Positions 34,752-44,576 of a stretch of DNA of 55,859 bases are shown here, one piece after another. Source of the DNA: Fonticula alba ATCC 38817 (taxonomy: Eukaryota > Protista > Nucleariida); NCBI GenBank assembly GCA_000388065.2, contig KB932215.1. One strand, given 5' to 3'. A model generated the notes under the pieces. That model saw only the letters and a list, made by a program, of their open reading frames with translations. It ran no database searches and was not told the DNA's origin. Position 1 is the stretch's first letter, and every line of letters starts with the position of its first letter. A program made the position numbers and the translations under genes.

Positions 34752-35598
34752 TCTGCGCCGGGGGCCGGGCGGCGGCCGGGGAGGGGGGACAAAGGGGGAG
34801 GCGTGAGCCGGATGGCATGGCGGGCAGGGCGGGCAGGGCGGCGGGGACCGGGGCGGATCGGACAGCACACGGCAAGAGCAAGGAAGGAGGGGCGAGAGGC
34901 GAGTGGAGGGGGGCGGGCGGCAGAAGCGAGAGGAGCCANNNNNNNNNNNNNNNNNNNNNNNNNNNNNNNNNNNNNNNNNNNNNNNNNNNNNNNNNNNNNN
35001 NNNNNNNNNNNNNNNNNNNNNNNNNNNNNNNNNNNNNNNNNNNNNNNNNNNNNNNNNNNNNNNNNNNNNNNNNNNNNNNNNNNNNNNNNNNNNNNNNNNN
35101 NNNNNNNNNNNNNNNNNNNNNNNNNNNNNNNNNNNNNNNNNNNNNNNNNNNNNNNNNNNNNNNNNNNNNNNNNNNNNNNNNNNNNNNNNGGGGGGGGGGG
35201 AGAGAGGTGCTGTCTGGTGGGCGGCGCACGCCAGGCTGGCCGCGCACGCCGAGCGCGCCCTTTTCTGGCGGCCCGGCGCGAAAAAATAACATTGCGTGGT
35301 CACGCCACACATGCGTTGGCATCCGCGACCACTCCCACCGATCTCAGCCTCTTAAGCCGATCGCGCGGGGGCCGGTGGCGGGACGATGGCCACCGGCACA
35401 CGCGCATCCCGCCCCCCGCCCTCCCTGTCTGTTGCTGCTGCTGCTGCTGTTGCTGCTACTGCTCTCCCCTTTCCTCCCCCCCCCTTTCCTCTCCGCCACC
35501 GCCACCACCGCCACTTCCCCGCCGCCCGCTGGCCACTTCCCCGCCGCCCGCTGGCCACTTCCCCGCCGCCCGCCGCCCGCCGCCCGCCGCCCGCCGCC
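34752..35598. promoter_or_regulatory. Probable bidirectional promoter between MRPL17 and POP7
   Basis: Divergent ATGs 847 bp apart; short AT-rich patch AAAAAATAACATT at ~35281-35293; partly hidden by gap 34939-35189. Confidence 0.6.
35510..35598 (+). repeat. Tandem repeats abutting the POP7 start codon (22-bp x~3, then 7-bp x~4)
   Basis: GCCACTTCCCCGCCGCCCGCTG repeats, then CCGCCGC repeats ending GCCGCCATG. Confidence 0.88.
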
Positions 35599-36495
35599 AT
35601 GCGTTACCGCCGCCAGATGTCCCGGGCCCTTGTCCCGCAGTCGATGCCGGAGGCCCGGCGCCTTGGCCCGCAGCCGGTGTCCCTGCCGCCGGTGGAGGCA
35701 CTCCTGGCCTGGGTGGCGCCGAAGAGTTCAGGCACCGTGCCTGCCGCGGCGGCCGCGGCCGCCTCCCTCGCGCCCGAGATGGCGGACTCCCCGCCGTCAC
35801 CGTCACAGCCGCCGCCGCCGCCGAGCGCCAAGTCCACTGTCTCCCGGCGCCCGGCCAGCCTGCAGTCCTCCACGCCGCTGGAGTATGATGTGTTTGTGCG
35901 CGGCCCGGGCGGGGCGGGGTCCCGGCGCGGGGGCGTGTCCCCGGGGCCCGGGGCCCGGCGCGCCTCGGACTTCCGGGCGCTGCTGTCGCGTGCCCAGCGC
36001 AACCTGGACCGCCACCGGCGGGTGCGCATCCATGCCCTTGGCCCGGCCATTGAGCGGGCCCTGGCCGTGGCTCTGGCCCTGCGCCGGCAGCACGCGCAAT
36101 CGGCGCTGGCCTGCTCGCCGGCCCATCCGGCCGGTGTGCCTGTCGGGGCCCCGGTTCCCGGGTCGGGCAAGGGGCACTTCGATCGGGCTCCCCTGGCCCC
36201 GGGGCTGCTGGACTGCCGGGTGAACCTGCGCACCGAGTGCCTGGTGGACGATGTGACGCCCCAGGATGATGTGCGTGCCTCCCTCCTGTGGCCCTGCCCC
36301 CTCGCCGCTCCCCCGCTCCCCCCTGCCTGCGCTTTGCGCTTGTCCCAGCACCTGTCTCACATGTGGGAGCCTTCCTTTCCGGCCGCCCCCCCCTCCCGCC
36401 CCCCTTCCCAACGCATGATGATGGGCCAGGATGAGGCTGCATCCACGGCATCCCGCCTGGTGTCGGCCGTCACGGTGGAGGTGTTCTTCCGGTGA
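35599..36495 (+). CDS. POP7: RNase P/MRP subunit Rpp20/Pop7 (Alba fold)
   Basis: Exons 35599-36270 and 36430-36495. DVFVR...SDFRALLSRAQRNLD..VRIHALGPAIERALAVALAL...TECLVDDVTP...SAVTVEVF parallels the Rpp20 pattern DIYV..TDFKAQL.R..KLL..IYIHGLGLAINRAINIALQL...TVELVDELEP...SAIHIRVF (compared from memory). Confidence 0.87.
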   Translation: MRYRRQMSRALVPQSMPEARRLGPQPVSLPPVEALLAWVAPKSSGTVPAAAAAAASLAPEMADSPPSPSQPPPPPSAKSTVSRRPASLQSSTPLEYDVFVRGPGGAGSRRGGVSPGPGARRASDFRALLSRAQRNLDRHRRVRIHALGPAIERALAVALALRRQHAQSALACSPAHPAGVPVGAPVPGSGKGHFDRAPLAPGLLDCRVNLRTECLVDDVTPQDDVRASLLWPCPLAAPPLPPACALRLSQHLSHMWEPSFPAAPPSRPPSQRMMMGQDEAASTASRLVSAVTVEVFFR

Positions 36496-37160
36496 GAGGG
36501 CGCGACGCCCTGGTGTTTTTTTTTTTATTTCCCCCCCCCCCCCCCTCGCCGCTGTCCCACATACTCGCCTCGGGTCGCGAAAACAATAGATGCCCCTCGG
36601 GGGGCGGATCCCGTGCCGGCCCACGATCCGAGATCACGCTCTCGAAAGGGTTGGCATGTGCCACGGAGAGCCAGGCCATCCCCGGGGCCTCTGCCCTGCA
36701 CCGCGGCGGCGGCGGCGGGGGGGGGGGGAGGGGGCGGCTCGCGGGGCGGTCTGTGTTCGCGCGCCGTTCGGGATTGACGAATGGGCCGNNNNNNNNNNNN
36801 NNNNNNNNNNNNNNNNNNNNNNNNNNNNNNNNNNNNNNNNNNNNNNNNNNNNNNNNNNNNNNNNNNNNNNNNNNNNNNNNNNNNNNNNNNNNNNNNNNNN
36901 NNNNNNNNNNNNNNNNNNNNNNNNNNNNNNNNNNNNNNNNNNNNNNNNNNNNNNNNNNNNNNNNNNNNNNNNNNNNNNNNNNNNNNNNNNNNNNNNNNNN
37001 NNNNNNNNNNNNNNNNNNNNNNNCTCCCCTGCTCCCCCGCTCCCCCCTGGGCCCTTGTCCTTCCGGTCTGCCGGCCTGCCATGCAGGGAGCGCCACGTCC
37101 ATGCGTCCGTCTTCTGACCTGCCTGCCTCCCGGGCCATGCACGCTCACCGGGGGGGACAG

Positions 37161-37823
37161 TCCTCTCGAAGAACCACTATGCCTCGTTCATGCGTCCGGT
37201 GGAGCCGACCAACACCTCGCTCACCGAGTACCGGACGTCCATCACCATCAATGACCTGAACCAGCTTAACCAGGAGCTCTTTGCCCGGGCGCGTCTGATC
37301 GGCAAGCAGCCGGGCGACAGTACGTGCTCTTGGGCGCCCTGCTGGCCCTTCTGGCCGGGCCATGCGCCGGCCCGTTGCCCTTGCCGTTTCCTGACCCGTG
37401 CCTTCCCCCTCTCCGGGCCCTGCGTTTGTCCTGGGCCCCGTGTGGCCGGGCCCGACTGTCAGAGCTTGGCAGTGACCGTGTGTTCATCACGGTGGTGCTG
37501 TCCGGCCGGTCGACCGGTGGTGCCGGGCAGCCTGACCCGCTGGATGGCCTGGCTCTCCTGTCGGGCGAGGCCACCGTGCCGGCCATGTCGCTCCCTGCCT
37601 CCGGATCCTCGGCGCCGGAGGACTGGAAGCTCCTGGCCCAAGCCCAGGAGTACATCATGGTTGGCTGTTCCTCCAAGAAGGTGCGTGTGGTGATGGTGTT
37701 CCGTGCATTCTCTCTCCCTCTCTCTCTCCTTGCCCGAGAGGGGGGCAGGCGGGCATGCGGAGGCCAATGGCGCCTTCCAAACTCACCTCCTCCCCTGCCT
37801 CCTCCATGATCTTGTCCTGTCCT

Positions 37824-37875
<52 letters not shown>

Positions 37876-39295
37876 ACACACTTTCTATCCCCTCCTCCCT
37901 TCGACGCACTCGGCCGCGCACGTGCGCACACGCCCGTCACAGACCGAGGAGTGCAACTTCATCCCGCTGGCCCACATTCCGCGCATCGCCTCGTATGACT
38001 CCTTCAAGCTGGACATCACCTTCCACAGTGAGCACTCGCAGCAGTTCCAGAACATTGCCTCCATCGAGTATGAGGTGCGTGAGGAGCACTCGCGTGTGCG
38101 CCCGGCATGCCTGCTGTCGATGGCACATCTGACTCCCGCCCCCCTCCCCTCGCCCGCTCCTCGCGTCGGCCGTGTGTGTCCACGTCTGTCTGTCCGGCCT
38201 GCGTGCGTGTGTGTGCAGCTGTCCTTCGACAACCCCCGGCACACGCTGATGGTCATCTACATGCGCTTCACCATGGTCCTCTGCGGGATCGTGGCCCTCA
38301 CGGCGGCCCTCTACTGGATGCGGCACTTCCCCTGGTCCGAGTGGACCTTCGACCAGCACTGGCTCATTGGTCTGGGGTTCGCCTTGATCGCTTTCAACAG
38401 TGCGTGGCGGGCCTTTTGCACCTCCTCTCCTCGGACCCCTCGCGGCTCTCCGCTCTCCCGGCCCGCGCCCCTCCTAACCTCCCTCCGTGCCTCCCCCCTC
38501 TCACTCCCCCCTCNNNNNNNNNNNNNNNNNNNNNNNNNNNNNNNNNNNNNNNNNNNNNNNNNNNNNNNNNNNNNNNNNNNNNNNNNNNNNNNNNNNNNNN
38601 NNNNNNNNNNNNNNNNNNCATCGGCCTCGTGGTTCCCGAGCTTCGTGTTGGCTTTCGTGTCGAACCTCTTCTTCGCCCTGCTGCTGGTGTACTGGCCCAG
38701 CTCCATGCACTACCAGGCGTCCGGGCCGTCCTCCTCCAACATCATCGGCATCAATGCCGACCTGCTGGCCTCCGGGTCGGTGGATGGCGGCTGGCGGGTG
38801 TGGCTCAAGTTTTACAGCCTCAAGGCGGTGTATGCGCTGTTCATCTTCTTCTTCAGCCTGTCCATCGACCTGTGGCACCGGTACCACCTGGGGTCCAACC
38901 CGACGCTGCACTTCCACGCGGCTCCCTTCTACATTGCCCTGATCCAGGTGCTGCTGATGCTGTGCCTGGCCTTCTATGTGTTCTTCTTCGGGTTCTTCGC
39001 CACCCGGGCGTACCGGTCCAACCGGGGCCAGGAGAATGGCAAGCGCCAGAACTTCATCCTCCTGGTGTCGACCTGCTTCTTCCTGGTGGTCTTCGCGGCC
39101 TACATCGTGTCCATCTTCGAGATCGAGATGGCCGGCTGGGGCTTCTCCTTCCTGGTTTTCTTCAACTTCACCCTGCTCATGTTGATCTTCATCCACATGC
39201 CCACCCGCACGGCCGCCATCAACCAGGCCAATCGCCGGCTGTACACCCGGCCGCTGGTCAACGCCGACGACCGGTCCCTCTATGGGACCATCTGA
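37161..39295 (+). CDS. TMEM181: TMEM181 (GPR178)/Wntless-like multipass membrane protein; the start and part of one exon are hidden in N-gaps
   Basis: Exons 37161-37319, 37463-37680, 37943-38074, 38219-38399 and (gap)-39295. Motifs C...C.FIPLAHI, FDNPRHTLMVIYMRF, FPWSEWTFDQHW, FN, SWFPSFV..LFFALLLVYW, LKFYSLK, LW....NPTL.F and HMP follow the TMEM181 pattern, with several hydrophobic helices. Confidence 0.85.
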
Positions 39296-39314
39296 TCCGG
39301 GGCGAGAGAGGTGC

Positions 39315-39315
<1 letters not shown>

Positions 39316-39356
<41 letters not shown>
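39316..39356. repeat. (GT)n microsatellite just after the TMEM181 stop
   Basis: About 20 GT units. Confidence 0.93.
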
Positions 39357-39359
<3 letters not shown>

Positions 39360-40075
39360 GCTCATGTGTCGGCAGGCCGGCGAGGAGCCGGCGGGGCGTG
39401 TGCCCCCCCGCTGCTGTTCCTTCCGCTGCTCTCCCCCCCCCCCCTCCCCTCCCGCTTCCGCTGAGCCGTGTGTGTCCGCGCATGCATGTGTGCCCGTGTC
39501 CGCGGCCCTTTCCCCTCGCGCGCGCTTCGTGCCCGCACGACAAAAATAGATTCCCCTTGTCTCCCCCCAATCCCCCTCTCCCCGCCCTGCGCTCGGGCGG
39601 GGCTTGTCCGGGGCTCTTTTTTGTTCCGTCGGAACGGTAACCCACGGCAAGGTGCCAACGGAGGGGCGACCTGCGCAGGCGTGCTACACTTGGAGAACCT
39701 GCGCGCGCCCCCCGGGCGGGCTCATGTCTGCGCTTCCGCGCGCGCGCGCGCGCACACACGCCGAGCGGCTGGAGGGCCGTAAAAGTGCGCAGGGCCAGGC
39801 GCGCGCGCAGGCGGGGGCGGGCCGCGCCGCGGGCAAACCGGGGGGGGGGGGGGATGCTGACACTTGTTCCGCGGCCTCGCGCCCTGGCTCCCCCCGCCCC
39901 CCGCCCCCGCCCCCGCCCCCGCCCCCACCCCCCAGAGGGCCGCCCTCTGGTTGGGGTGCGCGCGAGCGTACGCCCACGCCCGCGCGCATTCCTGAGCCAT
40001 TCCTGCAGGGATGCGTGGCGACGCGCGGCTAAGGCTCGGGCTTGAATTCGGCAGACTGCCGCGCCCCCTCGCCCA

Positions 40076-40127
<52 letters not shown>

Positions 40128-41491
40128 GTTCGTTGTTCCCCAGGGGCTCCCGGGCGGCCCGGCCCCAAGTGGGCAGATTGCGCTGGCTCGAGGGGGGCGG
40201 CCAGGCGGCGAGGGCTGGTCCACCGCGGTCGCCCCCAGGGGCGAGAGGCACCGGGACATTGGCTTCTTTTTTTAATTTATTTCTCTCTCCACCGCGGATG
40301 CGCGCCGGCGCCGGTGCATGCACCAACGGCCCCCGCGCTCTCCCGCTTCGCCCGCCCTCGGCCGTCCGGGGCTCCCACTTCCGCCCCAGGGGGGGGGGGG
40401 GGGCGGGGCCGGGATTGGTCCATGACTACCGCCCGCAGGGGCGGGGGCGAGGGGATGGGGAGGGGCGGCGCTTGCTCGCTCTCGCTCTCGCCCTCGGGCG
40501 CGCGTGCGTGCGTGAGGCCCGCGGCGCACCCCTGGCCCCCGCGGCCCCCCCCTTCCGAAAAGCCAACGGACAGATCGGCTCCGCTGGCTGCCGTCACAGG
40601 GGGCGACCGGCGGGCACATCTGCGGGCTTCGCCCTCCCATGTTTCCTCGCATGTCCCCCCCCCCCTTTGGGCGGGGTGGACGGCAGCCGGGGGGCCCCGG
40701 GCCGCGTCGGGGGAGACGGGCGCGCGATGCACTGGCCGGCCCGCCCCCGCCCGCCGGGACCGGCGGATCGCCGATCGCCCGCATCTTGCCCGGCCCCCCC
40801 CCCCCCCGCCCGGCAGGGCGCCGCGAAAGTCGCCGGAGACAGGGCGTGTCCCTGGCCGGTGCACGGCGGCACCCGTGAGGGGGGGGCGGGGGGGGGGGCC
40901 GCCAGGGGCCGTGCGCCCGGGCGATGGGGATCGCGCCCCTCGTTCCCCCTGCCCCCCGGCCGGCCCCCTCCCCAAGGGCCAGGACCCAGTCCCGGCGGGC
41001 GCCGCCGCTCCCGCTCATAGTCACTCCTCTCCACTCTTCGCCCGCTGCACCTTGTCGCCCCTTCCCCGCTCCCTGTCCTCCTTCCCCGCTCCCTGCCTCG
41101 CGGTCCCTCCGTTCCCCTTCCGCTCGTGAGACGGCATCCGCCGGAGCCCGCAAGAGCCCGGCGGGCTCCCCTCCCCTCCCCTTGATTGTCGCTTTTTCCT
41201 GCCCCCCCNNNNNNNNNNNNNNNNNNNNNNNNNNNNNNNNNNNNNNNNNNNNNNNNNNNNNNNNNNNNNNNNNNNNNNNNNNNNNNNNNNNNNNNNNNNN
41301 NNNNNNNNNNNNNNNNNNNNNNNNNNNNNNNNNNNNNNNNNNNNNNNNNNNNNNNNNNNNNNNNNNNNNNNNNNNNNNNNNNNNNNNNNNNNNNNNNNNN
41401 NNNNNNNNNNNNNNNNNNNNNNNNNNNNNNNNNNNNNNNNNNNNNNNNNNNNNNNNNNNNNNNNNNNNNNNNNNNNNNNNNNNNNNNNNNN

Positions 41492-44400
41492 CCGGCGCGC
41501 AGGCCGATGGGGCCCCCTCCAGCGCGCCGGTGTCGCCGCTGGATGCCGCGCCGCCGGGCCTGCCCGGCCGACCGGCCTCCTCGCTGTCGGTGGCCGGACT
41601 ACCACCGGCGGGGCCTGCCTCCCTGCATGGTGCGAGCCGTAGCAGCGGCAGTAGCAGCAGCGGCGGCGGCGGCCTGTCCGCCTACTCGCCCCTGACTCCC
41701 CTGGCGCCCGGATCGACAGGCGGCGGGGGCGCCGGCGGCAGCACCAGCACCCTGAACAGCACCGGCAGTGCGGCTGGGGCGAGCACCGGCGGCCCCGGCG
41801 GCCTGTCCGTGGTCAATGTCCAGCTGATGCAGCGGCTGCACCAGAAGTTTTTACAGCACCTACAGCACCTCGTGGCGCCGGATGCGCCGGTGCCCGGGGC
41901 CGGGCCCGCGGCCGGGCCATCCTTCAAATCCCGATCGACCGTGGAGATGGAGGGGCCGGTGCGCTTCGCCCGGGCCCCCTCGCTGGGGGCCGCGCTGCGG
42001 GTGATGTCCGGCGAGGGGGACGCCCCGCTGGCCGTGGGGCCGCCCTCGCCGGGGGATGCCTCGCTGGCCGGGCCGCCGGTCGGGTCGGACCTCGGGCCGG
42101 ACCCCGGCGAATGGCCGCTGGTTTGGGCCGTGCTCCAGTGGACCGAGCAATTGCTGCCGGTGGTGTCGGCCGGCCCGGGGGCCGGGGCCCTGGCCGGGGG
42201 CTCGACGGCGGCCGGCCCCGTGTCCGGATCGGCCCGATCATCGACCTCCTCGCTGGCGACCGGCATGTCGCGGCCGAGCCCCGGGCCCGGGGCCATGGGC
42301 CCCCCCCCCTCGCCGGGGGGCCTCCTCCTGCAGGAGGATGCCGGCAGTCGTCACAGCATGGGCCCCGGTATGTCGGCTGCCCTGGCCGCCGGGGCCGGGG
42401 CCACCATGCCTGGTGATTCCCGGCGGCCAGCATGGGGGTCCGGCGGGCTGGCCTCCTCGTCGGGCTCCTCGTCGGGCTCCTCCTCGGCCTCCTCGCGTAC
42501 CTCCTCCACCTTGGGCCTGGACTCGGAGCTGTTCCCCGGGTCCGACACCTCCGGCACCAGCAGCTGCCTGGAGGAGGATGAGACCCTCTCCACGCACTTG
42601 AGCTCGCATACCAGCATCGAGTCGGACCTGGATCTGGACGACTCGGACACCGAGGTGTCCATGACGACGGTCCCGCTGGCGGGACTGGCCCCCATGGGCA
42701 CCGGCGATCTGGCCTCCTCGATGGACGACGCCACCGGGCCCGACGCGTGTGAGGACCCCCTGGCGGCCGATGCCGAGGCCGTCATGACCCTCACTCACAG
42801 CTGGTTCTGGACGGCCACCGAGCTGCTGCTCTACCCCTCGCAGGAGGCCTCGACCCTGGGGCAGGCGCCGCTGGTGCGTGCATTGCCGTCGGGTGGGGAT
42901 CAGGGGCGCTGGGGCGGGGCTGCGGCGCTGGGGTGGGTCTGTGGCGCTGGGGTGGGTCTGTGGCGCTGGGGTGGGGCTGCGGTGCTGGGGTAGGGCTGTG
43001 GCCTTCCCCTCTCCGCTTCCCCCTTCCCCCCCCTCTCCGCTTCCCCCTCCCCCCCCTCTCCGCGTCTCCTCCCCCCATCCACTGTTCCCTCGACCTCCCT
43101 CACCCCCTTCGTGCGGCTGGATGCCCGGTACACTGACTCTCGAGCTGCTTCCCGCCTCCCTCCCCCCCCCCCGTTCACCTCCATTGCGCCGCAGATTCGT
43201 GTCAGCCTGCCGGACTGCGTGATGGCCTCGAAGCCGGCCCCGGCGGAGCCGCCCGGGCCGGGGGCCGGCTGGCAGTCGCTGTTCAGCCTGTCGGTGGTCG
43301 AGCCGGCCGGGTCTGGCGGCGATCCGGGCACCACCGGGGCCGGCCCCGGGGGGGCTCTCCTCCTGGCGGTGGTGGACCAGCCGAGCCTGGACGAATGGCT
43401 GGGCACCGTGCGCCGGGCGGCCACACGCACCAACTCCCAACTGGGCCAGCAGCTGCTGTGGTTCCGCAAGTACCTGGCAGCCTCGCCGGCCTCATTGAGC
43501 ATGTCCTCCTCGAACTACAGCCTTTCCAGCATGCTGGGCGGGTCGCAAAGCACCCTGGCCGGGGCCGGGGCCGGCGCGGCCGCCGCCACAGCCAGCCCCA
43601 GGCCCGGGGCCGAGGCGGGCGGGCCCTTTCCCCCGGGGCCCGGGGCCGGGGGCTTCTTCCTGCACCCGCCGGCGCGGCCGCATGCCCACTCTTTCCACTG
43701 CCATCAGCATGGCGGCGGGGGGGACCGGCATGCGGGCCCGGGGCCGGATCGCCAGGAGGCTGGGCCGTCACGGGGCCGGGCCGCCTCGGCCGCCGCGGCC
43801 CCCGGCTCCCGCCGGTCGGGCCTTGACGAGGCCGCCGGCGGCGGGCCGGTTTGCTGTCCGGGGCTCGCGCAGCCGGAGGAGTTCCTCCGGTGGTGCGACG
43901 CCGGGGCCGGGGCCGACGCGCTGCCGGGGCCGCCGGGGCCGGGCCCGGAGTCCGACCGGCTGGCGGCCGGGGCATCGGCCGATCCCGGCCCGGAGGCCGA
44001 TGACCGGGACCGGTTGTTCCCCTGTCTGTGTCACCTGGCGGGGCATGTGTCCACCGGGCTGCCGGGGCCGTCGCCGGTTCCGGCCCCCTCGCCGTTGCCT
44101 TTTGGGCTGACCGGTGGCGGGGGGTCGGTCCTCCGGGCGACCCCCTCGCCGGGCGCGGCCTTCGGGGGGTTTGCCTACCCGGCCGGGGGGGTGCTGGCCT
44201 CGCGGCCGTCGCCGCTGGGGCCGCCATCGCCGCGTGGGCTGCCCAGCCCGGCGGGGTTCCCGCTGCTCGGGGGGGGAGCCGGCTTCGTCGGCGGGCTGGC
44301 CGGCTCGGCCGGGGGCCCGGGGGCCGGTGTGCGGCTGTTGCCGGTGTCCATGCACACCCCTTCGGCGTCGGTGTCATCGGCCTCGTCGTCGGCCTCGTCG

Positions 44401-44542
44401 TCGGCCGGGTCGGCTGCGGCGTCGCCCTTCCCCGGCCCGGGCGGCATGGCGGCGCCGCCCGGCGCCTCGACGTCGCAGCATGCCCGGCACCTGTCCGACG
44501 GGGACTTCACCTACGCCGGGGCCGGGGGGTTTCCCTTTGCCA

Positions 44543-44576
<34 letters not shown>

